From Octopus vulgaris (lineage: Eukaryota), in assembly GCA_951406725.2 (NCBI GenBank), contig OX597818.1:132494001-132558000 (forward strand): 64,000 nt of DNA, given 5' to 3'. This document shows positions 12,709-25,411 of this stretch, one piece after another (position 1 is the stretch's first letter; each line of letters begins with the position of its first letter). The notes below the pieces were generated by a model. The model had not been told where the DNA came from. It searched no databases and worked only from the letters and a program-made list of their open reading frames with translations. The translations under genes were made by a program, and so were the position numbers.

Positions 12709-13360
12709 ATACGTAAACATTATTGATGCCACATACATAAGGTATTCTTTTTGTTTAAATGATTTTAAGCTGTGGTATTTCATCCAGGCAAAGTCCCTTT
12801 GAGATTAGTGTTAAAATATATTGTATACCTCAAAAACCAAGCAAAACGAATCGCCCCTGAGGTGAATGAGAGTGACAAATAATTGATATTTTGCTGTAGT
12901 CATCGATGCCGTATATTCGAGTCACCCTTGAAACGAATTCACATCGTTGGTTTGTGATATATGCAATAAGTGTAAAAGCTATCTGCTGATGTGCCACTTG
13001 TGTGACAGCAATAATGTTTACATTACTGGAGTTGCTTCTAACTCAAAATCTAATTTTGTTTTACATATCCATTAGACATTATCCAGAAAGACCCCTGCTT
13101 CACTCCAAAAATTTTCCTAATGATTTTACAGAACAAAAGTTTCCAGTATTTGTTCTCAAAGACAGAACTCTAAGTGGCAAAAGTGAAAGTAGACGATGGT
13201 TTGCATTCAGTGCTAGAAATATCCCTTTCCTCGACTGCTTTGTGGGGTTTTTCTGTCATGCAGTAGACTCAACAACAATTGATCAGGTCCTCCAAACACG
13301 GCTGGGGTTGCATATCAAAAACTGAGAAAATAGTTTAACATGCTACTTGAATACCTAAAC

Positions 13361-13561
13361 CAGTGCTTTTCAAACTTTTTGCTGGAGCGGAACCCCAAGG
13401 AAACATTCCACTGGCTCGAGGAACCCCTGTGCAATAATTTGATAGTCTTATGCACACATATCTGCACAGGAGAATTAAAAATTACTGCCGATTTGAGCAG
13501 TTTTGTAACTTCTTGCGGAACCCTTGCACTGTACTGGCGGAACCCTGGTTGAAAACCACTG
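13361..13561. mobile_element. hAT (Charlie-like) MITE, 201 bp
   Basis: TIRs CAGTGCTTTTCAA / TTGAAAACCACTG; perfect 8-bp TSD ACCTAAAC (13353-13360 / 13562-13569); subterminal GGAACCC repeats. Confidence 0.92.
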
Positions 13562-13919
13562 ACCTAAACAATACCAACACACGAAATCTTCTATTTAAAA
13601 TGATGCAAATTGCAGAGGAAGTAAAGCAGTGATACAAGGGTTTTATTATGTCTCACAAAGGAAACATCATTGGGACAGAAACAACGAAATATATATATAC
13701 CAGGATAATTGAAATAGTAATCTTTCTTGGATGTCTAAGGGATCATAGATATCCTGACTCGTTTGAATCCAGTTAAAACTGAACGTATTGCCTTCATGCA
13801 CAATCAACAAGATTAGGGAGGGCTTCCCTAATTTATTATTCTGCTCAGTATCAAATTACCTTTATCTGTGACTGCAGATTATGTTCAGGGTCATTTACTA
13901 GATCCATTCAAATCTTTTT

Positions 13920-14290
13920 AGGTGTGGTTGTGTGGTAAGAAGTTTGCTTCCCAGTCATATGGTAACGAGTTCAACCCCACTGTGTTGCACCTTAGGCTAG
14001 TGTCATCTACTATAGTCTCAAGCCGATCGACCAAAATCTTGTGAGTGGATTTGGTAGACGAGTGTGTATGTGTCTTTGTGTCTATGTTTGTTCATCTCTA
14101 CCGCTTCAAAACTGTGTTGGTGTCTTTACGTCCCTGCAACTTAGCAGTTCAGCAAAAGACACTGATAGAATAAGTACCAGGCTTTAAAAAAAATAAGTAC
14201 TAGGGTCTATTAGTTAGGCAAAAACGTTTCAAACCGGTGCCCCAGCATGGCCCCTGTCTAATGACTGAATCAAGAAATAAAAGAAAAGTA
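13920..14290 (+). mobile_element. SINE family B (diverged)
   Basis: GTGTGGTAAGAAGTTTGCTTCCC head through CCAGCATGG...GACTGAA tail. Confidence 0.8.
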
Positions 14291-14454
14291 GAAGAAAGAT
14301 AGTCATTGGACAGACTGAGAGGCCATGAAGGATCTCGATTATCCAAAATAGAAATGGTCACACATTTTCAATGAATCAAAATTTAGTTCATGAAAATATT
14401 GAAAACGCACTCCAATTTTCACTAAAACATTAGTTATTTGCAAGATGTGAAACC

Positions 14455-14548
14455 GGCGAGCTGGCAGAAACGTTAGCACGCCGGGCGAAATGCCTAGCGG
14501 TATTTTGTCTACCGTTACGTTCTGAGTTCAAATTCATCCGAGGTCGAC
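14455..14548 (+). mobile_element. SINE family A, head only, with TSD
   Basis: Ends at GAGGTCGAC; 14-bp TSD TATTTGCAAGATGT (14435-14448 / 14549-14562). Confidence 0.88.
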
Positions 14549-14689
14549 TATTTGCAAGATGTAGCCATGTTTAATTTTCGCTGGGAGGGAACCACAAACA
14601 GATAAGTTAACATTCGTTTTGTTCATTATTTTTATTTCGTATTATCTATTCGTATTTTTTATCCTCCTTTATTCCTTAAATTTTTTATT

Positions 14690-15266
14690 TCTTTTGGAAG
14701 AGAGAGCCAGTCGATTAGGTCAACCCCAGTACGCAACTGGTACTTAATTTATCGACCCCGAAAGGATGAAAGGCAAAGTCGACATCGGCGGAATGTGAAC
14801 TCAGAACGTAATGCCGCTAAGAATTTTGTCCGGCGCTGTAACGATTCTTATTTCTTTACTGCCCACAAGGGGCTAAACATAGAGGGGACAAACAAGGACA
14901 GACAAAGGGATTAAGTCGATTACATCGACCCCAGTGCGTAACTGGTACTTATTTAATCGACCCCGAAAGGAAGAAAGGCAAAGTCGACCTCAGCGGAATT
15001 TGAACTCAGAACGTAACGGCAGACGAAATACCTATTTCTTTATTACCCACAAGGGGCTAAACACAGAGGGGACAAACAAGGACAGACATAGGTATTAAGT
15101 CGATTATATCGACCCCAGTGCGTAACTGGTACTTATTTAATCGACCCCGAAAGGATGAAAGGCAAAGTCGACCTCGGCGGAATTTGAACTCAGAACGTAA
15201 CGGCAGACGAAATACCGCAAAGCATTTCGCCCGGCGTGCTAACGTTTCTGCCAGCTCACTGCCTTA
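14690..15266 (-). mobile_element. Stack of three family-A SINE units
   Basis: Three core repeats (CGACCCCGAAAGGA...GGCAAAGTCGAC); junctions at 14848/14849 and 15032/15033. Confidence 0.9.
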
Positions 15267-15399
15267 ACTTTAAATGCATAAAATTATTGGACAAATGTCC
15301 AAGCAATGTTTCAGAGTACATATAAGTACATAAGAGGAAGGAAGTGCAGCAGTTTAAAACGTGAAGATATTGGGAGTCACAATAAAAATACATGAGTAA

Positions 15400-15590
15400 A
15401 AAGACGTTCTTCCGAATGTAATTGTTATGCGAATATTTTGCACTTTACTAGTTAGAGTAGATTCTGCCGAGAAATCTTTCTGTAAATTAAAACCTAAGAG
15501 AAGCTTTTTGAGGAACATGGTGACACAGGAAAGACTGAATAACTCACACATCCTTAGTATTGAGAACGAAATTGCAGGGACAATTGGCTT
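15400..15590 (+). pseudogene. hAT transposase C-terminal dimerisation-domain remnant
   Basis: Translates MRIFCTLLVRVDSAEKSFCKLKPKRSFLRNMVTQERLNNSHILSIENE, matching the hAT 'SAERSFSKLK...LRSTM.QERL..L..LSIE' signature. Confidence 0.8.
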
Positions 15591-16422
15591 GCTTTAAAAA
15601 TAGCATGTAATGCATGTTTGGTTTTGGTTATGAGAATTCTCAATTCTGCATAAATGAACTCATTAAAATAATTCTTGAGAATGTGTTTGAACTTGCAATA
15701 AATTATCCAGTTAATTAAACTGGATTTTTTAGTGTTTTTCTTTTCTCAGATAATATTGTTGGTTGTTGAAAGTTTTTGTCCACGGAACCTTTCACAAAAG
15801 AAATCGGCCCTTTAAACCATAAATTAGTGATATTAAGTCTTGAAATATTGCTTAAAGTCCATATTCTGGAGATTTAGCACCTATATCCTTACCAGCCAGC
15901 CCCAAGACCCGGCATCGCTCTCAGAGGGCTAGATAGTAAGTGAGGAGAAAGGGAAAATTACATTTAGATACATAAATAGACGCAGTGAGAGGAAGAAGGA
16001 AGAGAGAAAGAGAAAAAGAGAGAGGAAGAGAGAGTGAGAGAGAGAGAAAGAAAGAAAGAAAGAAAGAGTTATGAGAGATAGAAAGGTAGGGAAAGACACG
16101 GGAAAAGAAAAGGTGATAGATGAAGAGGAAGGGAGAGGTAAGAGAAAAATAATATATTTAAATTAAATTTGAAGAAACAAGATTTTCATAAGACATTGCA
16201 TTATAGAAAATTCAAAGAAGATAATATTTCTCAATGGCCGGAATACATTTTCACTGGATATTGGAAATACAGGACATTGCTTATTTGATGGTGACACTCG
16301 TTTACAACTATAGAACGATGTCATGACAAAGAGATATAAAGACACCCATAGAAGTATATATGCATAAACATATATGCATATATACATATTACAAGCATAT
16401 ATGCATGCATATATATATATAG

Positions 16423-16630
16423 TTAATCCAAACATGAAAACACAAAGAGAAAACACAACAACGCGAGCACGTGGAACAAATATAGTATTGTTGGACGCTC
16501 AGGAAAGAAGGGAAGAAGGGGGGTTTAACGTTTCGAGCGAAGCTCTTCGTCGGAAACATAGGAGAAGGAAAGATCCAGAGAAGGGAAGACAGAGGAAAAA
16601 AAAATCGCCAACGGTACACACGCGGTCACA
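16423..16630 (-). mobile_element. Short HHR-bearing element in (TA)n, related to 6200-6392 and 17190-17377
   Basis: Minus-strand GTTT-CCGACGA-A-GAGC-TTC-GCTC-GAAA-CG-TT-AAAC at 16523-16557; shares a TAGTAT..GG..CTCAGGAA block with the 6.2-kb element. Confidence 0.7.
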
Positions 16631-16868
16631 TATATATATATACATATATACATATGTACACACACATACCCGCACACACACACGCTCACACATATACACA
16701 TGCGTGTATATATATACATGATGTAATAAATAAAATATATGCATGCATACAAACATATATGTACATACCGCATATATCTTATTTATTACATTATTGTCTG
16801 ACAGCGCGTTCGCGTCAGGGTCGATTCGATTCGTCGTTTCGTTCCACTTCCCTTCCTCCCAGTTTTGT

Positions 16869-16955
<87 letters not shown>

Positions 16956-17011
16956 CAATAGAGCATTAGCGCGAAGCAGTGTTTAGGTATGAGCAGAATT
17001 CAGGTTGGTAT

Positions 17012-17058
17012 ATCTCATTGACAAGAGTTAAAAAACTCGAAACATCGATATCTGAGAT
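17012..17058 (+). ncRNA. Type-I hammerhead ribozyme fold, U3-A8 core variant
   Basis: Stem I ATCTCA/TGAGAT; core TTGACAA; stem II GAGTT/AACTC; GAAA; near-palindromic stem III ACATCGATAT; cleavage triplet AUC. Confidence 0.75.
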
Positions 17059-17189
17059 TCCTAACAGATGGCGACATTGAACGAACTGGGTGTTTTTACG
17101 CCTTTTTACCCCAAGAAAGATTTTTCTCCATAGTAACTATAGTGTATTAGTCTTTTTGTAGTTGAAATATTTGTCACAAATTTCAACTA

Positions 17190-17373
17190 TCACCATGATA
17201 GATCGTTAGCCACTACACACATTTTTTTCACTCCTTGTTTTTTCTGTGTCCCTTTCTGTAGAAGAGCATAGGCTCGAAACGTAAAAGACTTTTTCTATTC
17301 CTGAGCGTTATACTAATACATCTGTTTGTTTTGTACACCACCTGTCTTCGTCTTTTGTTTTTTTGTAAACTGT

Positions 17374-17377
<4 letters not shown>
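17190..17377 (+). mobile_element. Short HHR-bearing element ending in (TA)n
   Basis: CTTT-CTGTAGA-A-GAGC-ATAG-GCTC-GAAA-CG-TA-AAAG at 17252-17287; homologous to 6200-6392. Confidence 0.72.
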
Positions 17378-17442
<65 letters not shown>

Positions 17443-18567
17443 CAACTATATGAAAGCATTACTACCGTTAAAAACAGTAATAATAAGGCGGTTAACAAGA
17501 CTTCTACCATAATAGGTATAATATTAAATATTTGAAAAAAAAAAAGAAGGGTAAAATTACCGCTTGCCAAAAACGAAAGTGAAAGCTTCAAAACCCACAC
17601 ACGATAAATACACACACGAACAATGCTATGAACATTTTCAAAAATAGGCCTACCTTCAGGATGGAATTTGAAGAGAGTTAACATACCCCAATATCAATTG
17701 ATTTCATGCTGTGTATGAGAAAACATGCTTTGCTATCTATTTCCAAAATATTCACTACTGAAGCTAAGAGTTTGTGACTTGAGTCTAATGCCACTGTGAT
17801 CTTCAGGCGAGAACCGTTACAACTCACTATTGGTGTACTTTTATCCTTTGGCATGGGTGTGTGCATGTGTGCGTATGTGGGTGCGTTTGTGTGAGCGCGT
17901 GCATGTATGTGTGTGTATGTGTGTGGGTGTGTGCGTGTGTGCGTGTGTGTGTGGTCTAGTGCTTGTGTTTCTTCATTGGTAAGCTTTCTGAGTGCACTAA
18001 ATGGGCAACGTGTGCCTGGCCTTTTTTATTGGTTATTTTGTGATGAGGTGATTGTATTTCCTTAAAATTATGTATTTTGACATTTATCCAAAGAAATATT
18101 TGTGTGTGTATGTGCATGGCAGATAATGATCATGGCAATAACATACCAGTAATATTAGTATGTTATTTTCCAAATATGGGGTAGGCGATATATATATATA
18201 TCACTTGTGCCTAGAATAGAAAAGATTATTTATAAAATTCGATAAGTTTAAGATATACAAATGATAGCGTAGGTGGATTGTTTCAACTCGTTAAAATGAA
18301 GCGGGTGGGAAGAAGAAAAAAGGGGTTAAAAACAGACGACATTAACAGTGGATGAAAGAATATAAACATCTATGCAGATAGGAAGAGGCAAGATATTCCT
18401 TAACGAAAGAAATAGAGCGACGTGGAGTCGTAATAAATGGAGGATAGATATTAAGCAAAAAGAAAAGAAGATTGTTATCTAGATCAAGGCTATGAATTGC
18501 TCCAGGAAAATTGCTTTTCAAGGCATAGATCTGGCCAAGATTTTTATGGAAAATTAATAGTTCCTAT

Positions 18568-18832
18568 GTTCGAATCCCGGACCGGGCTGCATGTTGTGCT
18601 CTTGAGCAAGACTCTTTATTTCACGTTTTTCCAGTTCACTCAACTGTAGAAATAAGTTGCGACGTCATTGGTCCCAAGATGTATCGGACTTTGGTTTTTC
18701 TCTTGGATAACATCAGTGGCATGGCATGGGTGACTGCTGGTCTTCCATAAACAACCTTCCTTGGACTTGTGTTTTGGAGGGAAACTTTCTAGGTGCAATT
18801 CCATGGTCATTCATGACCAAAGGAGGTCTTTA
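18568..18832 (+). mobile_element. 5'-truncated tRNA-derived SINE (fourth family)
   Basis: Starts at B box GTTCGAATCCC, then CTTGAGCAAG...TTTATTTCAC; TSD TAATAGTTC(C/T)TAT (18555-18567 / 18833-18845). Confidence 0.8.
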
Positions 18833-19127
18833 TAATAGTTCTTATGCATACTAGTTTCACATATTCATACTGCTCACGGTTTCTGAGGAAAAAGACCAGG
18901 TCTGGAAGAAATTGGCATCAATGGCCTTGCAAACGTTACTATCAAACCACAAAGAATTTAAACAGATAAATCAAAACAACTAAACAATCCTTCTAGCCTA
19001 ACATCTTGACCAGTATTTTAATCATTGAGCTCGAGAAAATGGAGTGTAAATTGGCTTCTGCTGGATTTGAACTCAGAGTGTAAAGATCTAGAAGAAATAT
19101 CACTATGTGATTTATTTATTTTTTTTA

Positions 19128-19473
19128 GAAGCACTCCGTCGGTTGATCCGAATCAACGGAACAGCCTGCTCGTGAAATTAACGTGTAAGTGGCTGAGCAC
19201 TCCACAGACACGTGTACCCTTAACGTAGTTCTCGGGGATATTCAGCGTGACACAGAGAGTGACAAGGCCGGCCCTTTGAAATACAGGTACAACAGAAACA
19301 GGAAGTAAGAGTGAGAGAAAGTTGTGGTGAAAGAGTACAGCAGGGATGACCACCATCCCCTGCCGGAGCCTCGTGGAGCTTTAGGTGTTTTCGCTCAATA
19401 AACACTCACAACGCCCGGTCTGAGAATCGAAACCGCGAGTCCGCTGCCCTAACCACTGGGCCATTGCGCCTCC
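19128..19473 (-). mobile_element. SINE family C nested in a decayed family-A copy
   Basis: TSD ATGTGATTTAT (19105-19115 / 19476-19486); the flanks rejoin as GATTTGAACTCAGAG...GCACTAACGACACTGCCA. Confidence 0.9.
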
Positions 19474-20344
19474 ACATGTGATTTATAAAGCACTAACGAC
19501 ACTGCCAACAACTGAGTGGAAGTATATAGATAAATAACTAAATGAATAAGTGAAACAGATACGTAAATAAATAAATAGATCAAAGTGAGTGATTATTATT
19601 ATCGAGTGAAAATTTAGATCAGGAAGAACTCAAAGGAATTTAAAATTAAAATTAATGAATAAATAAGTTAATGAGTAAATAAATAAATTAGCATTATACA
19701 ATTAAATCAGTGATAATTTGCCCAAGCTAATGATTATTGAATAAATACACAATTAAACCATTAGATAAAACAAATGGGAAAATAATTTTTATTCGAATTT
19801 AAATTTCAAGGTATTTAAAGGTATACTGCCTACTGTTAAACTGGGAAGGAATCGTAAAACGAATTGAAATGATTATAAACATTTGTTAATAATAATTAAT
19901 AACGACAGAAAAAGTATTAATATGAAAAGGCAATCTTTATTTCCATGGTAACGAGGACATTGTGTGAGAACACACAATACTGTGCAGTTTACCTTGAGAG
20001 GACCTCTTATGTGGGTTTGTGGTGCATAAAGGCACTCATATTTATATCATTGACAGGCGAAAACTGTCTGTTACGGATGCCGGAACTGTCAGATGATGTG
20101 CATTCGCCCTAATTTTGGGTTCTTCAGTGACAGATATCTAGTAGCGACGAAACAGCCGATTCTCCCGCTAACGATATATAGAACTGTAAACACTTTTCAG
20201 GCACCGGTGTCACAAATAACCAACTGGCTAATTAAAAAATAATTATTAGGAATAGAAGCAGTGTTAATATCAAAAGGCAACATTGTATTAGATCTTTTGT
20301 GCTCAACGAGTTCATATGAGATGTTCTTTTAAGGTAATAGCGCA

Positions 20345-20531
20345 GTATTCTGGGACACCACTTTGGAAGGTTTCAGTCAAACAAACGATCTCAGTACTCA
20401 TCAAGTTTGTTTCTTTGTTTTATCGGTTTCTTAAGTCGAACTGCTAAGTTACGGGAACGTAAACAACCAAAAACTGGCTGTCAAGCAGTGGAGGAGGACA
20501 AACAATACAGACATACAGACACATACGAACG

Positions 20532-20600
<69 letters not shown>

Positions 20601-20775
20601 ACATACACACACACACATACACAGAGGCCTCCTTAACAGTTTCCTTCAACCTCATTCATTCACAAGACATTGATCGGCCTGGACCTATAGCAGAAGACGC
20701 TTCCGTAAGGTGCCGCGCTGTAGGACTGCACCGGAACCCACGTATTAGCAAAGCGAGATTCTTAACCATGCAGCT
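20345..20775 (-). mobile_element. SINE family B (strongly diverged) with (CA)n
   Basis: GAACTGCTAAGTTACGGGAACGTAAACA, internal (CA)n, CTATAGCAGAAGAC. Confidence 0.7.
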
Positions 20776-21337
20776 ATGTTGCTTATATTTCCTGGACAAA
20801 CACTTTGTTTATGACAAAAATGTCAGTGCATCTTATGCATTTTATATCAACAGAGGTAATAGGGTAACGACTTTTCGAATCTTGGTCGGCCATTTTGCTG
20901 ACCGACACCAGTGAGAAATTTATCCTAACTCCATTACAACCTTCAAACGATGACCTCCCCTGTTCGAAGGTTGTAATGGACACAGGTTTGTGTGTCACGT
21001 AGCTAGCTAGAGGCGATGGCCTCTTGGAGCTAACCAGTAGCAGCATTCGTCCTATTTTTCTGGACTGCCATGTTAGCTTGGCGATAACTATTAATATATA
21101 TAAATATATATATATATGTATATATATAATGATAAAATCTCAGAGCGAGTTATAAACAGTAGCGGTAAAACATCGTGACGTGTATATGCCATTCGAATAT
21201 GGCTAACCCCTAAGGGTGGATGTTACTGTAGTTTGCAGCCTCAGGAAGACACCTCCTCCAGCTGGCTATAGACACACTTTCTGTGCCCTATCAGTATTTG
21301 TGAAGGGAAGTCATCCTTCCCGTCTTCAACTTATGAT

Positions 21338-21393
<56 letters not shown>

Positions 21394-21395
<2 letters not shown>

Positions 21396-21556
21396 GACGG
21401 GCTTCTTTCAGTTTCCGTCTTCCATATCCACTCATATGGCTTTGGTCAGCCCGAGGCTATAGTAGAAAAAAACTTGCCTAAGGTGCTATGCCGTGGGACT
21501 GAACCTGGAATCATGTGGTTGGGAAGCAAGGGTCTTACAACACAGTCATGCTTGCA
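21394..21556 (-). mobile_element. SINE family B, 5' half
   Basis: CGACGGGCTTCTTTCAGTTTCCG...GGGACTGAACC. Confidence 0.85.
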
Positions 21557-21786
21557 TATAAATATTTTGATAAGATCAAGGTTGAGAGTGATTTTAAAGT
21601 TTCTACTTGCTAGCCGCTCATCAGACTGATGGCAGCGAGGAAGCAGAAACTTCGAAGTTACTATCGACGTTTCTTTGTAAAAGGTTTACATGAACTCAAC
21701 TAAAAATTAAGGAATGTTTTCAGTTTAACATTAGATTTTTCTTAAATATAAATTTCAGATAAAAATGAATTATACATACATACATA

Positions 21787-22186
21787 GGCGCAGGAGTGGC
21801 TGTGTGGTAAGTAGCTTGCTAACCAACCACATGGTTCCGGGTTCAGTCCCACTGCGTGGCATCTTGGGCAAGTGTCTTCTGCTATAGCCCCGGGCCGACC
21901 AATGCTTTGTGAGTGGATTTGGTAGGTGGAAACTGAAAGAAGCCCGTCGTGTGTGTGTGAGTGTATGTGTGTGTGTGTGTCTGTGTTTGTCCCCCTAGCA
22001 TTGCTTGACAACTGATGCTGGTGTGTTTACGTCCCCGTCACTTAGCGGTTCGGCATAAAGAGACCGATAGAATAAGTACTGGGCTTACAAAGAATAAGTC
22101 ACGGTGATGATTTGCTCGACTAAAGGCGGTGCTCCAGCATGGCCGCAGTCAAATGACTGAAACAAGTAAAAGAGAAAAAGAGAGAG
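21787..22186 (+). mobile_element. SINE family B, full length
   Basis: Near-consensus copy. Confidence 0.93.
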
Positions 22187-22194
22187 ATACATAC

Positions 22195-22412
22195 ATTTCT
22201 TTACTGCCCTCAAAGGGCTAAACATAGAGGGGACAAACAAGGGCAGACAAAGGGATTAAGTCGATTACATCGACCCAATGCGAAACTGGTACTTTTATTT
22301 ATCGACCCCGAGAGGATGAAAGGCAAAGTCGAAATTTGAACTCAGAACGTAACGGCAGACGGAATACGGCTACGAATTTCGCCCGGCGTGCTAACGATTC
22401 TACCAGCTCGCC
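22195..22412 (-). mobile_element. SINE family A (young tail)
   Basis: Head-to-tail match to 3582-3813. Confidence 0.9.
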
Positions 22413-22589
22413 ATATACACGTACATACATACATGCACATGCATATATAGATACATACCCCATGCGAGGATGAACCGGTTCTTCACTGAAGATGGAAGGC
22501 TTCGAATGTCACGTCCGTGTTTTTTGTATCGTCTTCTAAATGGTTTGCGTTTTTGTCCCAGTTTGTATATTTTTACAAATATATATGCA

Positions 22590-23006
22590 TTTATACATAT
22601 GTAAATACAGACATGTATATATACATACACATATGTTTACATACATATATACATACACACACACACACACACATACATACATACATACATACATACATAC
22701 ATACATACATACATACATACATACACGTACATACATACATGCACATGCATATATAGATACATACCCCCTCACACACACACATTCATAAACACATTCATAC
22801 ATACGTTCATACGAACATACATACATATATGCATGCATACGTATGTAAATACAGACATGTATACATACATACACATATGTATACATACATACACACATAC
22901 ATACATACATACATACATACATACATACATACATACATACATACATACATACATACACACATACATACATACATACATGCATGCATGTGCATATACATAC
23001 ATACAT
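22590..23006. repeat. (CATA)n-rich compound microsatellite
   Basis: Directly visible. Confidence 0.93.
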
Positions 23007-23009
23007 GCG

Positions 23010-23305
23010 CAGTGTCTCCTACTATAGCCTCGGGCTGACGAAAGCCCTGTGAGAGGATTTGGCAGACGGAAACTGAAAGAAGCCCGTCGTAAATATATGT
23101 GTGTGTTTGTGTCTGTGTTTATCCCTTCATCACCGCATGACAACCGGTGTTGGTGTGTTTACGTCACCGTAACTTAGCAGTTCGGCAAATATGACCGATA
23201 GAATATATATACTGGGTTTAAAAAATAAGTCCCGCGGTCGATTCGTTCGACTAAGACCCTTCAAGGCTGCAGTCAAATGACTGAAACAAGTAGAAGAATA
23301 AAAGA
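23010..23305 (+). mobile_element. SINE family B, 5'-truncated
   Basis: CTACTATAGCCTCGGGC...GACTGAAACAAGTAGAAGA. Confidence 0.85.
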
Positions 23306-23312
23306 GTACGTA

Positions 23313-23355
<43 letters not shown>

Positions 23356-23680
23356 ATACACACACATATGTACAAATGTACTTGTGTGTACACACACACA
23401 CATATGTACAAATGTACTTGTGTGTACACACACACACACATATGTACAAATGTACTTGTGTGTACACACACACACACACACACATACACACACACACATA
23501 CGCACACACACATATACGAATGTACTTCTGTGTACACACACACACACACACACGCACACATACCCACACACACATATACAAATGTACTTCTGTGTACACA
23601 CACACACATACCCACACACACACATGTACAAATGTACTTGTGTGTACACACACACACAGACACACAAACATATACACACA
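23313..23680. repeat. (CA)n-based minisatellite, unit CATATGTACAAATGTACTTGTGTGTA(CA)n
   Basis: About six units separated by variable (CA)n spacers. Confidence 0.9.
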
Positions 23681-24104
23681 CGAGTTTTTTGTACATAAAA
23701 TAAGAGATAAATTCATTCCGTTTCATATGTATGAAAGAGTCGTATATGTGGGAGTATGTATATCGTATGTTCCCCACTGCCGCCATTAACTCCTCCCTCA
23801 CCCCCCCTCTCTCTCTCTCTCTTTCTCTCTCTCCATGCGTGTATGTAATTATATTTATGTATGTGATATTTAGGTTTTTTGTTTTTATATATATCTGTGT
23901 GCGCAAACCATTTGCGTTATTATTTACACTCACAAAAAGACAATTTAATAAATCATTAAAACCTATATAGTTTTAATAAAAAAAAAAGCAATATATTTTC
24001 TCCAATTTACATCATATTTGTTGTTTGATTGATAATGGCGACCCCCTAGCAAACGAAGTCGTTTGACAGTTCTTTCATTTACTACCTTAATTTAATTAGC
24101 TCTT

Positions 24105-24106
24105 TA

Positions 24107-24158
<52 letters not shown>

Positions 24159-24198
24159 GTTATTATTACTATCATTGTTATTATTGTTATTATTGCTA

Positions 24199-24250
<52 letters not shown>

Positions 24251-24274
24251 TATTGTTATTATTGTTATTATTAC

Positions 24275-24341
<67 letters not shown>

Positions 24342-24381
24342 GTTATTATTACTATCATTGTTATTATTGTTATTATTGTTA

Positions 24382-24421
<40 letters not shown>

Positions 24422-24451
24422 TACTATTATTGTTATTATTGTTATTATTAC

Positions 24452-24520
<69 letters not shown>

Positions 24521-24566
24521 TATTGTTATTATTATTATTATTATTATTATTAAAACGATCAGATTT

Positions 24567-24605
<39 letters not shown>
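24105..24605. repeat. (TTA)n/(TCA)n trinucleotide array
   Basis: Directly visible, with duplicated variant blocks. Confidence 0.97.
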
Positions 24606-24606
<1 letters not shown>

Positions 24607-25009
24607 GTATCGTCATTGTAATCGTTCTTGTTTTCTTTTCCTTCTTCTTTACTGTCTCTATTCCTCTCCCCTCACCTCACTCACCCTGCTATTTGTTTAA
24701 AAAATTTTTCTATCTATTGAACAAAAACGTTTTATGCTATGTATATAAGCATGTATGTATGTATATATGCATGTATTTATGTATGTATGTATGTATGTAC
24801 GTATGTGTGTATGTACGTACATACATACATACATGTTCGTATGTTTGTATGTATATGTTTATAAATGTGTGTATATAACTATATATACACATAAACATAC
24901 ATTTATGTGTGTGTGCGTGCTATGTAAATATATCTATGTATATACACACAGATATCTATGCATGCACACAAAAATATATATAAGTACAAACACACACACA
25001 TGCATGTAT

Positions 25010-25096
25010 GTATTATGTATATATATACATATATGTTTATATATATATATATGTATATACATAAATATACATATATACATATATATACATATATAC

Positions 25097-25141
<45 letters not shown>

Positions 25142-25244
25142 CATACATACATATATATATATTTATATATATATACATATATGTTTATATATATATATAT
25201 GTATATACATAAATATACATATATACATATATATACATATATAC

Positions 25245-25289
<45 letters not shown>

Positions 25290-25344
25290 CATACATATAT
25301 ATATATATTTATATATATATACATATATATATATATACATATAT

Positions 25345-25408
<64 letters not shown>
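25010..25408. repeat. AT-rich compound microsatellite with an internal tandem duplication
   Basis: The block ATGTTTATATA...CATAAATATAC occurs twice. Confidence 0.9.

Positions 25409-25411
<3 letters not shown>

Noticed and set aside
22460-22580. Hammerhead at GAACCGGTT / CTGAAGA
   Set aside because: Motif halves are in the wrong order or incomplete; no GAAA follows CTGAAGA.
23313-23680. CRISPR-like repeat-spacer array
   Set aside because: Spacers are only (CA)n of variable length; eukaryotic context with no cas genes.
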